Part shown: one piece after another, positions 26,537 through 38,025 of the stretch
Numbering within the stretch: the stretch's first letter is position 1
Layout: every line of letters begins with the position of its first letter
Origin: Octopus sinensis
Lineage: Eukaryota
Length of the DNA: 64,000 nt
Assembly (NCBI RefSeq): GCF_006345805.1
Contig: NC_042997.1
Span: forward strand, 92,752,001-92,816,000
Direction of reading: 5' to 3'
The notes under the pieces: model-generated
Databases searched by the model: none
What the model was told of the DNA's origin: nothing
What the model saw: the letters and a program-made list of their open reading frames with translations, nothing else
Position numbers and translations under genes: made by a program

Positions 26537-26567
26537 CTGGATCTTACCTTTCCTTATTCTATGTTGC
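26537..26567 (-). CDS. Candidate alternative microexon (31 nt; 20 nt with the proximal donor)
   Basis: Pyrimidine tract plus tctacag acceptor at 26568; two donors AAG|GTAAGA (26548/7) and CAG|GTAAGT (26537/6); stop-free only in the phase-2 entry frame supplied by exon A (QHRIRKGKIQ). Confidence 0.5.
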
Positions 26568-26784
26568 CTGTAGATGAACCATTAAAAGGGAAAGAATTTC
26601 ACTATACACACATACACAAGATTTAAATACAAGCCTCTGATAATACACCAAGCAGACAAGATTGTACAGCATGTAATTAAAGCTCGTATTTAAATCCTGC
26701 ATATATTGAGTACATTTTTTTTGTTGATTCCACCAATAATGGAATATATTATAAAGAATCAAAACAGGTCCATCTATTGGCAAT

Positions 26785-26866
26785 ATCGCCTCCAACAATC
26801 ATTTATTATATATGAAATAATAACAGACTCATTTATTTCATGTAATAAATGATTGCTGGAGGCGAC
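26785..26866. other. 82-nt imperfect inverted repeat (hairpin)
   Basis: tcgcctccaacaatcatttattatatatgaaataa pairs with ttatttcatgtaataaatgattgctggaggcga around a 12-nt loop. Confidence 0.85.
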
Positions 26867-27968
26867 ACATATATATATATATCTACACACACACACACAT
26901 ATACATACATACATACATACTATAATGCATCAACACCCAGGCCTCTTTATTGACGATGTCACCTCTAACAATCAACTTATACGTATGTAATGTTATAACT
27001 AGATTTTATAAACGATCGGATTAGTATTTTGCAAAGTTGTCTCCCCGTATATCTGGAACTGTGTGACTAACATGTAGATAAAATATAAAGCGACCGACAC
27101 GAACTTGAACGTTTAAAGACGAGGGAAGGAACCAACGACGGCCAGATTTGAAATCCAGGTTGACAGTTTGAAATTAATTGCCAATAAGTAAAATAGGTTT
27201 CTATTTTAATATAACTGATTTCAGCAATATCGTTTTAATACTACTTTTGAACTCTGACATTCAGTGAAGTATCATTAAGTCCTGTGCATGTAGAAATAAA
27301 ATATAAAAAGGAAATGACTTATTTCCTTTTTAATTTTTTTTAACCCTGCTCTGTACAGCCTACATTCTCTAAGCATAATTCAATAATCACAACTCACACA
27401 GTACATACTTTACACACTCATCAGCCAATGCTATAACAGCTTTGACATCAAGAGCAACACTAAAATTATAAACAACAGATAAAAAAAAAAGCCCTCAACA
27501 CAAATTTAGAGTAGATACCTCTCCACTCTCAAGCACAAAACTGCACACACCCTAGGAACAGAGCTGCATCTGGTAATGCAGTTAAAAATTGGGGGGGGGA
27601 CAAAAACTCAAAAAAAAAACTACTGAAAATACATGAGAGTGATGAAGAAGATAATTTTTTCACATTCACTAAGTTGAAGGTGGTTATTGCTAGTAAGCAT
27701 GAGAAGAATGGTGCTGCTGCATGGATATGTAATGGATATAAGATCTGTGAAACAACTTTTGAATATTAGTTGCAAACAATATATGAGCAAACCTAGGCTT
27801 TTTATTTTAAAAGAAATAAAATGCAGAAATGGAAAAGGATGTTTGTGGGGAAAAATTTTAATCATTGAGATTTAGTTTTTTGTTAGAAAAAATAATAGAA
27901 GTTAAAAAAAACCAAAAAAAACTAATGGTTTCAAAAAAAAAACTACATTAATAAAAATCAATATTTAC

Positions 27969-28364
27969 GGTTTTAGAGACTGGCAATCCGTTGCTGAACT
28001 GGAAAGGACTTTGCGGTAGAGTGATTTCTTCTGAGCTGAGAGCTTTGAGTTTGATGAAGTAGCACTACTGGAATTTTGAGTTATAACCCTTCGTGGTTGA
28101 GAAGGAAGGCTTCCTCCACTAGGTTTAATTGCCAGGGATGCTTGAGCACATGTAAATGCACCAATGGCTGCAGCTGCTGCAGAGGGTGCACTACTACTTG
28201 GACTGCTATTTGCTCCACCATAAGTTGTAACATGTTGTAACCACGTACGCAAGTTTAATTTGCGCACAAGTTGCAATAAGCGCAACCTGCGTTCAGATGG
28301 AGTAGGTAAATCATGGTCCCGCATCAGGATATTTTGTAAAAGTTTACTGTTATACTGATGAAAC
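27969..28364 (-). CDS. Exon A; main ORF from ATG 28324 (MRDHDLPTPSERRLRLLQLVRKLNLRTWLQHV...)
   Basis: Strong acceptor ttttattttcctcag at 28365. Donor CC|GTAAAT at 27968 converts the apparent CCG-TAA end into a phase-2 junction that fits exon B. 396 nt, phase 2-2. Confidence 0.8.
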
Positions 28365-28764
28365 CTGAGGAAAATAAAATGGAAAAGGAAAAAACAAAAA
28401 AAAATGAGAAATTGAAATATAATAACATGATCAGATGAGGAAATAACAAAATTCTTTAGGAAAATTTAGATTTTGAATTAGAAGAGGAAAATACTTTTTG
28501 CTGACCAAGTAGCTGACTTCCTATTAACTTTACAACTTTTCCCATATTCACTAGTAATAGTTGAAAGATTTCAATAATTTTTGGCCAAAGATTGAAAAAA
28601 TAAGAAACAGCCAATAACTGTCAGGCAAACTGCTGACTTTTGATTTCCTTTCTATGATTACTTCATCTCCTCCTTTTAATCTCTCCTCTCAGAACAGATT
28701 ATGACCTTCTTTCTAACCATATTATTAATCTCATCCATCTATCCAAATATCCCAGCCTAAGATC

Positions 28765-28955
28765 TATCTGTGTGTGTGTTTGTGTTTGTCCTCACTTACT
28801 GCTTGACAACTGGTGTAGGTGTGTTTACATCCCCATAACTTATTACTGAGCTTAAAAAAAAAAGTACTGGGTTGATTCATTTGACTAATATTCTTCAGGA
28901 TGATGCCCCAAGAAGGCCACAGTCTGATGACTGAAACAAATAGAAGAGAAAGATA
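28765..28955 (+). mobile_element. SINE family A 3' half (decayed)
   Basis: gcttgacaactggtgtaggtgtgtttacatccccataac...ccacagtctgatgactgaaac. Confidence 0.7.
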
Positions 28956-29004
28956 TGAAAATCTACAAGAATTATGGACACCATTCCTTTATTTTAGGCA
29001 AACT

Positions 29005-29165
29005 TTAACCCTTTAGCATTCATATTACTCTGTCAAATGTAATTCATCCACATTGTTCTGAATTTTGTGCTTTGGGATTTCAATGTGATTGTTTATTTTT
29101 AGAATAACACTGTAAGGTACGTGTCAAAGGCCGAGTCCAGCTGGTTTAAATGCTAAAAAGCTTAA
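29005..29165. mobile_element. ~160-bp piggyBac-like MITE
   Basis: TTAAccctttagcatt ... aatgctaaaaagcTTAA inverted termini with TTAA at both ends. Confidence 0.6.
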
Positions 29166-29629
29166 AAAGTCTGTTGGCATCAGAAAGAATATCAAACTAT
29201 AAATCTACTACGAAATAATATTCCTGCTTGCCAATATAGTAAAAGGAATAACAAAATAGTATGCCTCCACAAGAAAAGAGTGTGTTATTGAAAATTTTTG
29301 CAAACTAACTTCACTGGAGGGGGGGGGGGGGCTTTAAAAATAAAAAAAATTCCATTGTAAATATTTTAGTGCTGTTATACTTTCACTAATCATATTTCAA
29401 ATATAGATGTATCTTATTCTACCGTAACTTTATATATTTTAGAGGCTATCAAAGGGGAAATAATTGAAGTAGTTAATGTTTTAAGATAATTAACTGCATG
29501 TGTCAGAGATATATATAAGAAATAGCTGTGCTTGTCAAAAAAACTGAAACTTAAATATTTCATGAGCATTTGATAGAGTAAAGAAGAAAATAAGTCCTGA
29601 ACCACCAAATAAACCAACTGTAAAAGTTA

Positions 29630-29940
29630 GTTTTGATGGCTACTTTCTACTTGTTTCAGCCTTTGGACTGCATCCATGCTGGGGCAGTTTGGAACTTATT
29701 CTATCAGCTACTTTTGCTGAATTGCTTAGCTACTGGGAATGTAAACAAACCAACACAGGTTATCAAAAAGTGGAGGGGACAAACACAACAACACACATGC
29801 AAAACATATGTTTATACAATAGACTTCCACACAGTTTCCATCTATGAAATTCACTCGGAGGTAAGAGTCAGTCTAGGGCTATAGAAAAAGACATTTATCT
29901 ATGGTGCCATGCAGTGGGACCATGCCTGCACCTATACTAG
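29630..29940 (-). mobile_element. SINE family A (decayed)
   Basis: Reverse complement of the family A consensus (tttcagc..ttggactgcatccatgctggg..., gtgccatgcagtgggac). Confidence 0.7.
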
Positions 29941-32313
29941 TTGAAACTCACACTACAAACAAATGAAGGCATGAATGTTTTCTAAATATTTGTCAAATTG
30001 AATTAATTAAAATAAAATTAACTGTTTGTCAAGATTCAAGCAATTCAGCTGTATATCTAAGCAATAAATAACCTTCCCATTCCACTATAATGGTTTTAGA
30101 TCACCATCATTGTTTTAACTTTGCTTTTATATACTTTTATTTTAAGTCATCATGTAAATAAAATTGAAATCTCTCCAACAATGTTTACATTTTACTATTT
30201 TTTTTATACCTTGACCTTTTTCCTGATTACTCATCACCTATCTTCACCTAACCCTGCCCTACTACAAAATTCTCTGGTAAACAGTACAAGTGCCTTAAAG
30301 CATTCTCACAATACTAAATAACAAAATATTCTCCCTGTAAATCGCATATAATTTCCAGTGCCAACTGAAGTTCAAAGGTCAACAGACATTAAAAAAGAAA
30401 AAAAAAATGCTTGGTGAAGAATAAATTTTATCAGTCGTACAATTTATCATTAGTTATGTCATGATTTTAGACACTAATGACATTTGAAATAGCTGGGAAA
30501 TTAAAATTTAAATAAGAATGAATATTTTCTTAATTTTTGAAATTTTTTAATTACACACAAGTACTTTAAAAAAATTACAATGTTTTTTTTTTATTGCATA
30601 CATAAGAGAGCTTAACATTTCTTTTTATAACATTTATTAAATGTGTGGAATTGTTTTGTTGTCAATGTCTAAGAGTAAACATAAAACTGAGAATGTTATG
30701 TATAAAAAAAAAAAAAAGCTATGAATATGCTGAATCTGCACCCCACCCCAAATAATAGATTTTAATACGTTCAGATGCCCAAAATATATTATCACACTTT
30801 TATTCATGAACTATTTTCTGCATGAGGTTATTACAATGTGTTAATAATGAAGTCTTGGTTTGAGTAGATCTGATATGCAAATATGCTGTTAAATTTAACA
30901 AACAAGCAAAATAAAAAGCTTTGCTGACAAAAAAAAAAAAAAAAAAAAAAAAAAAACCCAAAATAACCCTATTCTGCCATTCCATTTTAAAATTTCATAT
31001 AAACTAAACCCTAGACAGACATAAAAGCTGAATGTTAAAATGTGACAGACAAGAACAATTGATTATTTTAAATCCATAAACCCTTCATTAATACCAGCAG
31101 TTAGCCTAGGTTTATTAACTATATACCCTACAAAATAGAAACAACAGATTTGGTGATCAAAATAATCCACTATCTGACCGAATGCAGTAGAATACTTTGA
31201 AGTTTTGGAAGAGATGAGAAAACCATAAAACAATGAAAAATGGATATGAAGATAAGAGCAAACTAAAAAAAAAATTTTTTTTGCACTTTTCTGAAACTAA
31301 CACTCCAAAAACAACAAATATTCAAACAGCTGTAAATGTGTAGTTTCAGAGGTGATACATCTACCACCAGTCCTAAATAAACGAAAAGACAAGCTGTTTA
31401 ATGGTGTATAAACGGAAATAATTATGGAAAACAGTGTAACATCAGGTTACTTATATCATCTAATGCTGGCATGGTCAAATTTTGTGAGAAGCGGGCCACA
31501 TGAGATATAACTTCTGGTGAGCTGTATTACTAAAAAAAATTCAAGGTAATTTTCATTAGGCATGCCATTCAGAAAGTGTGGCAGGTAGCAATTTGTTGAT
31601 GACTGATCTAATGCAAGATAATGAGCAAAAAGGCTGATCAGAACACTCAACTATTAAAGTTAGTCAAAGCTATATTGATAACCATTACAAAGATTTGATG
31701 GGAATTATTGAAAGGAGACAAATTCTCATATATTTTTTAACTGTTATTTTTATGGTTACGAGGCATTAAATCTGTATTCAGGAATGGCTCTGAAAATGTC
31801 AAACTATTTCAAGTAACACTAGAAAAACGGAAGATCAATTAAAAAGCTGAGCTCAACTTTTCTTTTCTTTTTTTTTTTTTTTGGAAGTCTGATTGAATCA
31901 GGCATATCAAACATCATGTACTACACAGTCAATATTTGTGCGGGTGTTATTTTTTATATCAAGATGTCATCTAGAGTATTATATACAGAAAGAGAGAATG
32001 AAGACGTTCACAATAATAAAATAAATATATAGTAACAGAACACGAAAATGAGTGCCAAACATCGTGAAAACACCTATAGAAAAAAGAGCAAGATGCACAT
32101 TCTGAAAACAAAGAGAAGTTTGTTTTAAAGGCAGGTTTCCTATACGCAGAACACAGAATTCCTGCAATTTGAACCTAATTTTTCTGATGAAGTTTGTTTA
32201 CACAAATTATTCAATGCCAAACATTAATGTTGTCAACATACTATCATCACATGATTTAAATTCTTATGTCACTAAACTATTTTTTTTTCATCGTTATAAA
32301 TCAGTGAACTTAC

Positions 32314-32940
32314 CCCTTCCCACGCTGTAGGGAAGTGCTGCCAGGAAGTACATCACGACAAGTTTTCCACCAAATAATGCTATCAAGAGCCTAGGTTTCT
32401 TTGAATCCAAGGAAAAAGCAACTTGATTCTTTTGACGTTTTCTAATTTACTGTTTTATAGAACGTGATCTGACCTTCCACATACCTATAAGTTGTGTTGT
32501 GTTGTAATGGTCAACGATTCATGTATTCACAGCTAATAAGCAATTTAAAATATTTCATAACTTATTTATGTATTTGAGTTAAATATTTTTTTCCTGTCAC
32601 TCATTTCCGTTCACTAATTCCTCTCTCAAAATATCTTGAGAATGTCTGTCACAGAGATAAATATTATTTACATAGATACTACAGTGAGTTTATTGGAACC
32701 GAATATATGTTCCGATTACCATTTAAATGTTCAAGTTAATGTTACATGGCAGACGAAGTTACCTTGCTATGCTAACTGATAATACTCATTATATCGACGT
32801 CAAATATTTCCCCCTAAGATAAAACCCGACAATACGTATTATATCTGAAATATTAGTGGTGTCCTATAAATTCAAGAACGAGAAAGAACAATTGAAAGAA
32901 ATAAGAGTTTTCATTGCAAGCGAAGTAATAAAACACCTGT
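32314..32940 (-). other. Candidate 5' leader exon with uORF start (ATG 32353)
   Basis: Strong donor GG|GTAAGT at 32314/3 and a second donor AG|GTATGT at 32485/4. The 5' boundary is uncertain: acceptor tctatacag at 32941, a shorter acceptor near 32391, or a TSS. About ten upstream AUGs if full length. Confidence 0.5.
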
Positions 32941-35574
32941 CTGTATAGATAACATTTAGAACGAATAAATAATAGATATATGATCAGACAAATATGTGAT
33001 AAGCAAACTAGCTAGGCTTACTTCTTTATACTATGCTTCACTGCGCACACTAAACACACACCTAGGTGCAACGATTATGAATCTATAAAATAAATAATAG
33101 GCAAGCATGAACTGGATAAGAAAATAAAAAAATGCAACGTTGAAATTAGCTGGTAATGAAATATAACCAATTAAAATTTGGCAGAAAATTCAGGATTTGA
33201 AGGGATATGTGTATGTACGACGTGTATGCATGCGTAAGTTACACATTGGCGTTTTATTTACAGTATAGATGGTGATCAAAAATATACAGTACGTTCTATG
33301 TTTTTGTGTACATTAGCGTGTGAGAGTATATATATTTATATATATCGCCATACATATACACGCTCGCGCGGGCGTGAGAGAGAGAGGTGTGAACAAAGTC
33401 GTTTAGAAAAAAAAAATTATAAATAGGATGGAAATTTCCAAGAGCAACTACGTCGAAAGCTAATGTTATTTCACAAGTATTTATTCACAGCGCTCGTCCC
33501 ACCATTCACATATACAAATAAACACAATGAACAAAAATAGGGCGAACAATTCTATACATGTTAACTAACTACTTTAAAGACAAATGAAAGGGCGGGGGGA
33601 AAGAAAAAAACTCCGAACAAACGCACTAACCATATGTGCGTATGTATTGTGTGCGTAAGAGCGAGTGTTATGTGATGCATGGCACCTCAACATGCATAAA
33701 GTCTTTACAGAAAAGCGTGATTTTGATTTTTTACAAACTTAATTCTCTTAATTCTATCTAATCACTGATAAGACAGGAGCATTTGGGGATTTCGATTCTA
33801 AGCGTTAAAAAAGAAAAACAAAAACACCACAAGTAACTGCTGGTGAAACAAAAACAAAAAACTTGGCAGTAATAATATGGGGAAAAAGTTACAGCCAAAT
33901 GACAGTAAGATGGTCAACAAAAGCTTATTTGTCTTAGGGAAAATGCCTAGCTGTCATGTGTATCTGTGATAGGCACATACATAACCAATTACTGAAGCTT
34001 CTACGATAGGAAGAACAAGAGTAAATTGAAACAGCTGAGAATGTGTGTGTGTGTTTGTTTGTTGTTCTGAACACGGAATAAAAGCACTTATATTTTTGTT
34101 TTTAAGCTGGATAGCAGTCGTATTTTAGTTTTAAGAGTTACATGCATTTACCGACAGTCAAACTTTCCCGTTCACTTATCACTCTGCCAATAATAATAAT
34201 AATATAGTTTCTAACATTGGCATAATGCTGTAAATTTATAGAGAAGAGAATAACGTCGACAGCGCCGACGCCTGGGTATTGGGAAAGGCAAAAAACCGAC
34301 TCCTGCGAAAACTGAACTCGGAACTTAGCTAAAATACCGCATTTAACAAACGCGTTAGGAAGGCGTCGGACAAAATTTCTGCGGTATTTAACTGGGGCTC
34401 TTTATATACCGAGATCAAATGCAGCCAAGCTCAACTCATTAATTTGTTGTTCCAGGAAAGATTTTCATAATGCATCCGAAATGAGAATGGAATTATAAAA
34501 GATTTATTGTTCCTGGACAGTTAAAAAAACAAAACAAACAAAAAAAAACTAACAACTAGTAAATCCTAGTGGTATTAAAACTATTTTGTTATAATGTAAT
34601 AACTTGTATATATGAAGTGTGATGAGAGGAAGATTGACAAAGATTGAAGGAAAACAAGACTACTATTGAGAGAGTATAGAGAAGTGTTGATTATGAGAAG
34701 GGAGTTACTACCTAAATATAGAAGGAAATCTAAGCGGTCACCCATATTTTTCTTCACCGAGTCTACAATGATTAAATAATTGAAATTTCCGGAACATATA
34801 TGGCACACACTCACTTATATCTATTAGATAGCTGTGTGTAAATATTAGCTTTCAGAATATGAAAAAGCTAATATATGTAACTAACTTACACGCGAATAAA
34901 TAAAGATATATGTGTGTGTGTGTGGAGAGACAAAGACAGGCACTATGTGAAAACCTAAATGAAAGACATGTAGTAGTCGCTTGAAGGAAGACTTGTTTTA
35001 CAATACTCTACAATAGGGGGATATTTGCTTTTCACTTAACCTTATGCTTTTAATACAGTAGTACTGATACAATATTCCTATTCCCTTCAAAAAGGTTCAT
35101 TACAGACGTGGTTTTATTAAAATATCTACTTGTATATATTAATTGCACATACATAAGTCTCCCATTTCCGCTGTATTTTTAAACGTAGCACTTCGTCGAC
35201 TACATTAAGTTACTAGTGAGGGTGTGACGTTCGGTGAGAGAAACATAACGTTCCATACACAAACAGAGGAAAATAATAAATATACAAAAATGAAACGGGA
35301 ATAATTCGGAATGAAGTCTCAGACTGTAATATTCGATACAAAAGTCACATCCAGTTTTACAGAGAAAGCAAGGGGAAATGCCGGTAAGAGACATATGGGA
35401 TCTCTTGGATCACTCACTATGATCTATCATAAAAAAAGTAACCAACGATTCGGCATGAATAAAAGGGGGGGGGGGATAAGGAGGAATAGAAAACTAGGGA
35501 CAATAAATATATATATTTTTTAAAGGACCAAGGAGAGTTACATATATGATCAAATTGAGAATAAATAAACTAAC

Positions 35575-36140
35575 CTTGTCTGAGAAGTAATGAGTCAAGA
35601 ATATAACTGTGTGGTTTAATAAATATCGCCTCTTTTCTATTTTGTCTGATAGTGTAAATAATCTGACACTGCTGGTTTGGTTGCTTTGCAGTATATCTCC
35701 TTATAGACTCTTCCAGCTGCTCATCTTGACTTGGCAAACCTTTTAGTTGCCTATCAAGTCCGACAACAGTATAAAAAACAACAAACTATCAACAGAGAAC
35801 GTTTGGTAACGCCACTACAGAATCAGAACCGATTCCTCCAGCATCGTTGCAACAGGGCTCCATTTCAGCTATATGTTATCATTATCATATTGGTGTAACT
35901 AGCGACCAGCTGACTATATTCGATGCCATGGCCAACAGGACAGTGAATAGAAACCAAACACTTCCTTCCACATTTGAAATCATCGACATACAAGCAGAAT
36001 AGTTATTGAAGTCGTAGTGAGAGGAGCACCGACTGTTTCAGATACAGACGTGGCGGAGGCGGTGACACACAAGAGCAAGGAGGAAGAGAGTGCGTTTGGT
36101 GAGGCAGTTGATGTGTTAGTAGTATGCTGTGTGTGCTATT
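35575..36140 (-). other. Candidate first exon (5' leader with uORFs)
   Basis: Donor AAG|GTTAGT at 35575/4; GC/CpG-richer leader-like sequence to ~36140; uORF 35863-35789 in strong Kozak context. The TSS position is approximate. Confidence 0.45.
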
Positions 36141-36566
36141 GAATAATGTGTCAAAACTGTCTATTACATACGAAGCCGTAGTACGATATGGATTGTAGGG
36201 ATAGTACGCCTTATGAACTACCAGGGAAATACCTAATATTCTCTAGTGTTTTGTTAGTGTGGGCCACTCAGTGTAATTATATATATATCACATACATACA
36301 GACGCACTATATATATAAATATATATATATATATATTATATATATAGCGTTGGTGAGGAAGTAGATTGTTGTATATAGTAGTAGTAGGCAGCTGTAGTCT
36401 AGTTCATGCAGTACTTACTGTATGGATTTAGTTGTAATATTCGCGGACGGACTCATAAAGTTGTAGTTATTGATATGTCTACTCATATTATCAACTGACT
36501 TCTTACATATCGGAGAAAAAATAGGTATAGAATGAAACAATGCAGTAATCCAACTATTTTTCTCAT

Positions 36567-36620
36567 GGGCGGGACCCAACATTCATTATATAAAAGGCTG
36601 GGACGACTATACCCACAGTT
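36567..36620 (+). promoter_or_regulatory. Candidate TATA/Inr core promoter, divergent to the gene
   Basis: GGGCGGG 36567-73, TATATAAAAG from 36587, and CACAGTT with A at 36617, exactly 30 nt after the TATA T. Confidence 0.5.
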
Positions 36621-37905
36621 ATGACTGCATTGCTGCAATTTAGAGTCTTCAGGGAACAATAAATATTCCAGCTTTGTTAGTTATCCAGGATCTTTACACA
36701 GTTTTGTATGGTTGTAATTACAATTTTGGTACCATACACCGTCAGCTCAAATCTATCACGCTTCTGTAATCACCATTATATTTCCTGTCAGAACTATTTG
36801 TTCCTATCATCTCTTCATTTGTGTGACAAATAGTAAAACAAAAATTTCAGTAACCTTTCTACTCAAAACAATTTGTTTATACCTGTTTTACAAGTAAACA
36901 ATTAAAACACACACACACACATTCGCTCTCTTCGAGATATTTATTTTTGGAACTCTCTGTCTGATTCACTGAGAACAAATCATTAACTCATCCCATTCTA
37001 AACAGAACTAGCAGGCCTTCCTGCCTACCTTAACCGTACACCCACACTTCCAGTAAGGAGTGTTTTGTAGTGGTTCTACGTTCTTTTAATAAGGGATATG
37101 TCATGTAATGGGCGAGTTCTCTCCCATACTTAAGCCGGATGTTGAGGTGTAGCATTATTCATTCAATAAAGTCTTTTATATACAAAAACTATTATCATTG
37201 CTTCAAAGAAAAGAAAAGAACTTAACATAATCGGTGCAACTCCTTTCAAAATTCAAATAGTAGCTATGTACGTCTGTAAAATGTCATACAAGTATTCACA
37301 ATCTCTTCAAACTACACCTTCTTGAATTTGTCATACACTGATAATTACGTGTTCAGGATAAAATACTTAAAATATAACCAGTGAAGGGTTTAAAAAAAAA
37401 AAAAAATTATTAGATCTGAACGTGTAACTCGAAGGCATTTGCGTTCAAAGACACTAGGTCAATATCTTCAAACTTTAAGACTTCAGTGTAAGGAATACAA
37501 TTTTAAGAAATATCGCCTGAACTACATTCGAAAAATCCGGTGACAAATGCATTATTTCGGCATAACGCGGACAAATTCAGATTACTCGAAAATAAATAAA
37601 TGAAGCTAGATTTGACATCAGAAGTATCACACAAACTAGAGCAAAGCACTAAGCTCTCAAGAATGGTATCGTTTACAACAAGATCTTCGAGAATATTATG
37701 AGAGGAGCTTACTTTTCCCTCTTTGTGTGTATGTGAAGTGCAGACATGACCGCAAGTAACGTCGAGCACCACATTACTTTCTTCGACATTAAAAGTTTTT
37801 CAGTCTCATTGCAATATTATTATTTTTTTTGCTTGTGCTTACTTTCTTTAATGTGATTAATAATTAGACAATGCAAACTTCGACAATGGAAGCACTGGCA
37901 ATTTT

Positions 37906-37908
<3 letters not shown>

Positions 37909-37955
<47 letters not shown>

Positions 37956-37963
37956 TCTCTCTC

Positions 37964-38022
<59 letters not shown>

Positions 38023-38025
38023 ATA
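37909..38025. repeat. (CT)n-(AT)n compound microsatellite
   Basis: Direct reading. Confidence 0.95.

Noticed and set aside
28312-28329. UCC-UGA-U at the end of the uORF, identical to the antizyme +1 frameshift site
   Set aside because: The +1 frame reads GAU GCG GGA CCA UGA and closes after four codons; the long ORF is in the -1 frame and the protein is not antizyme-like.
34400-34408. Minus-strand TATATAAAG
   Set aside because: No convincing initiator at the expected distance, and it abuts a decayed SINE-B.
35786-35794. UGU-UGA-UAG as a possible Cys-Sec-stop selenopeptide end
   Set aside because: It lies in a 5' leader, I found no SECIS, and the 24-aa peptide resembles no selenoprotein.
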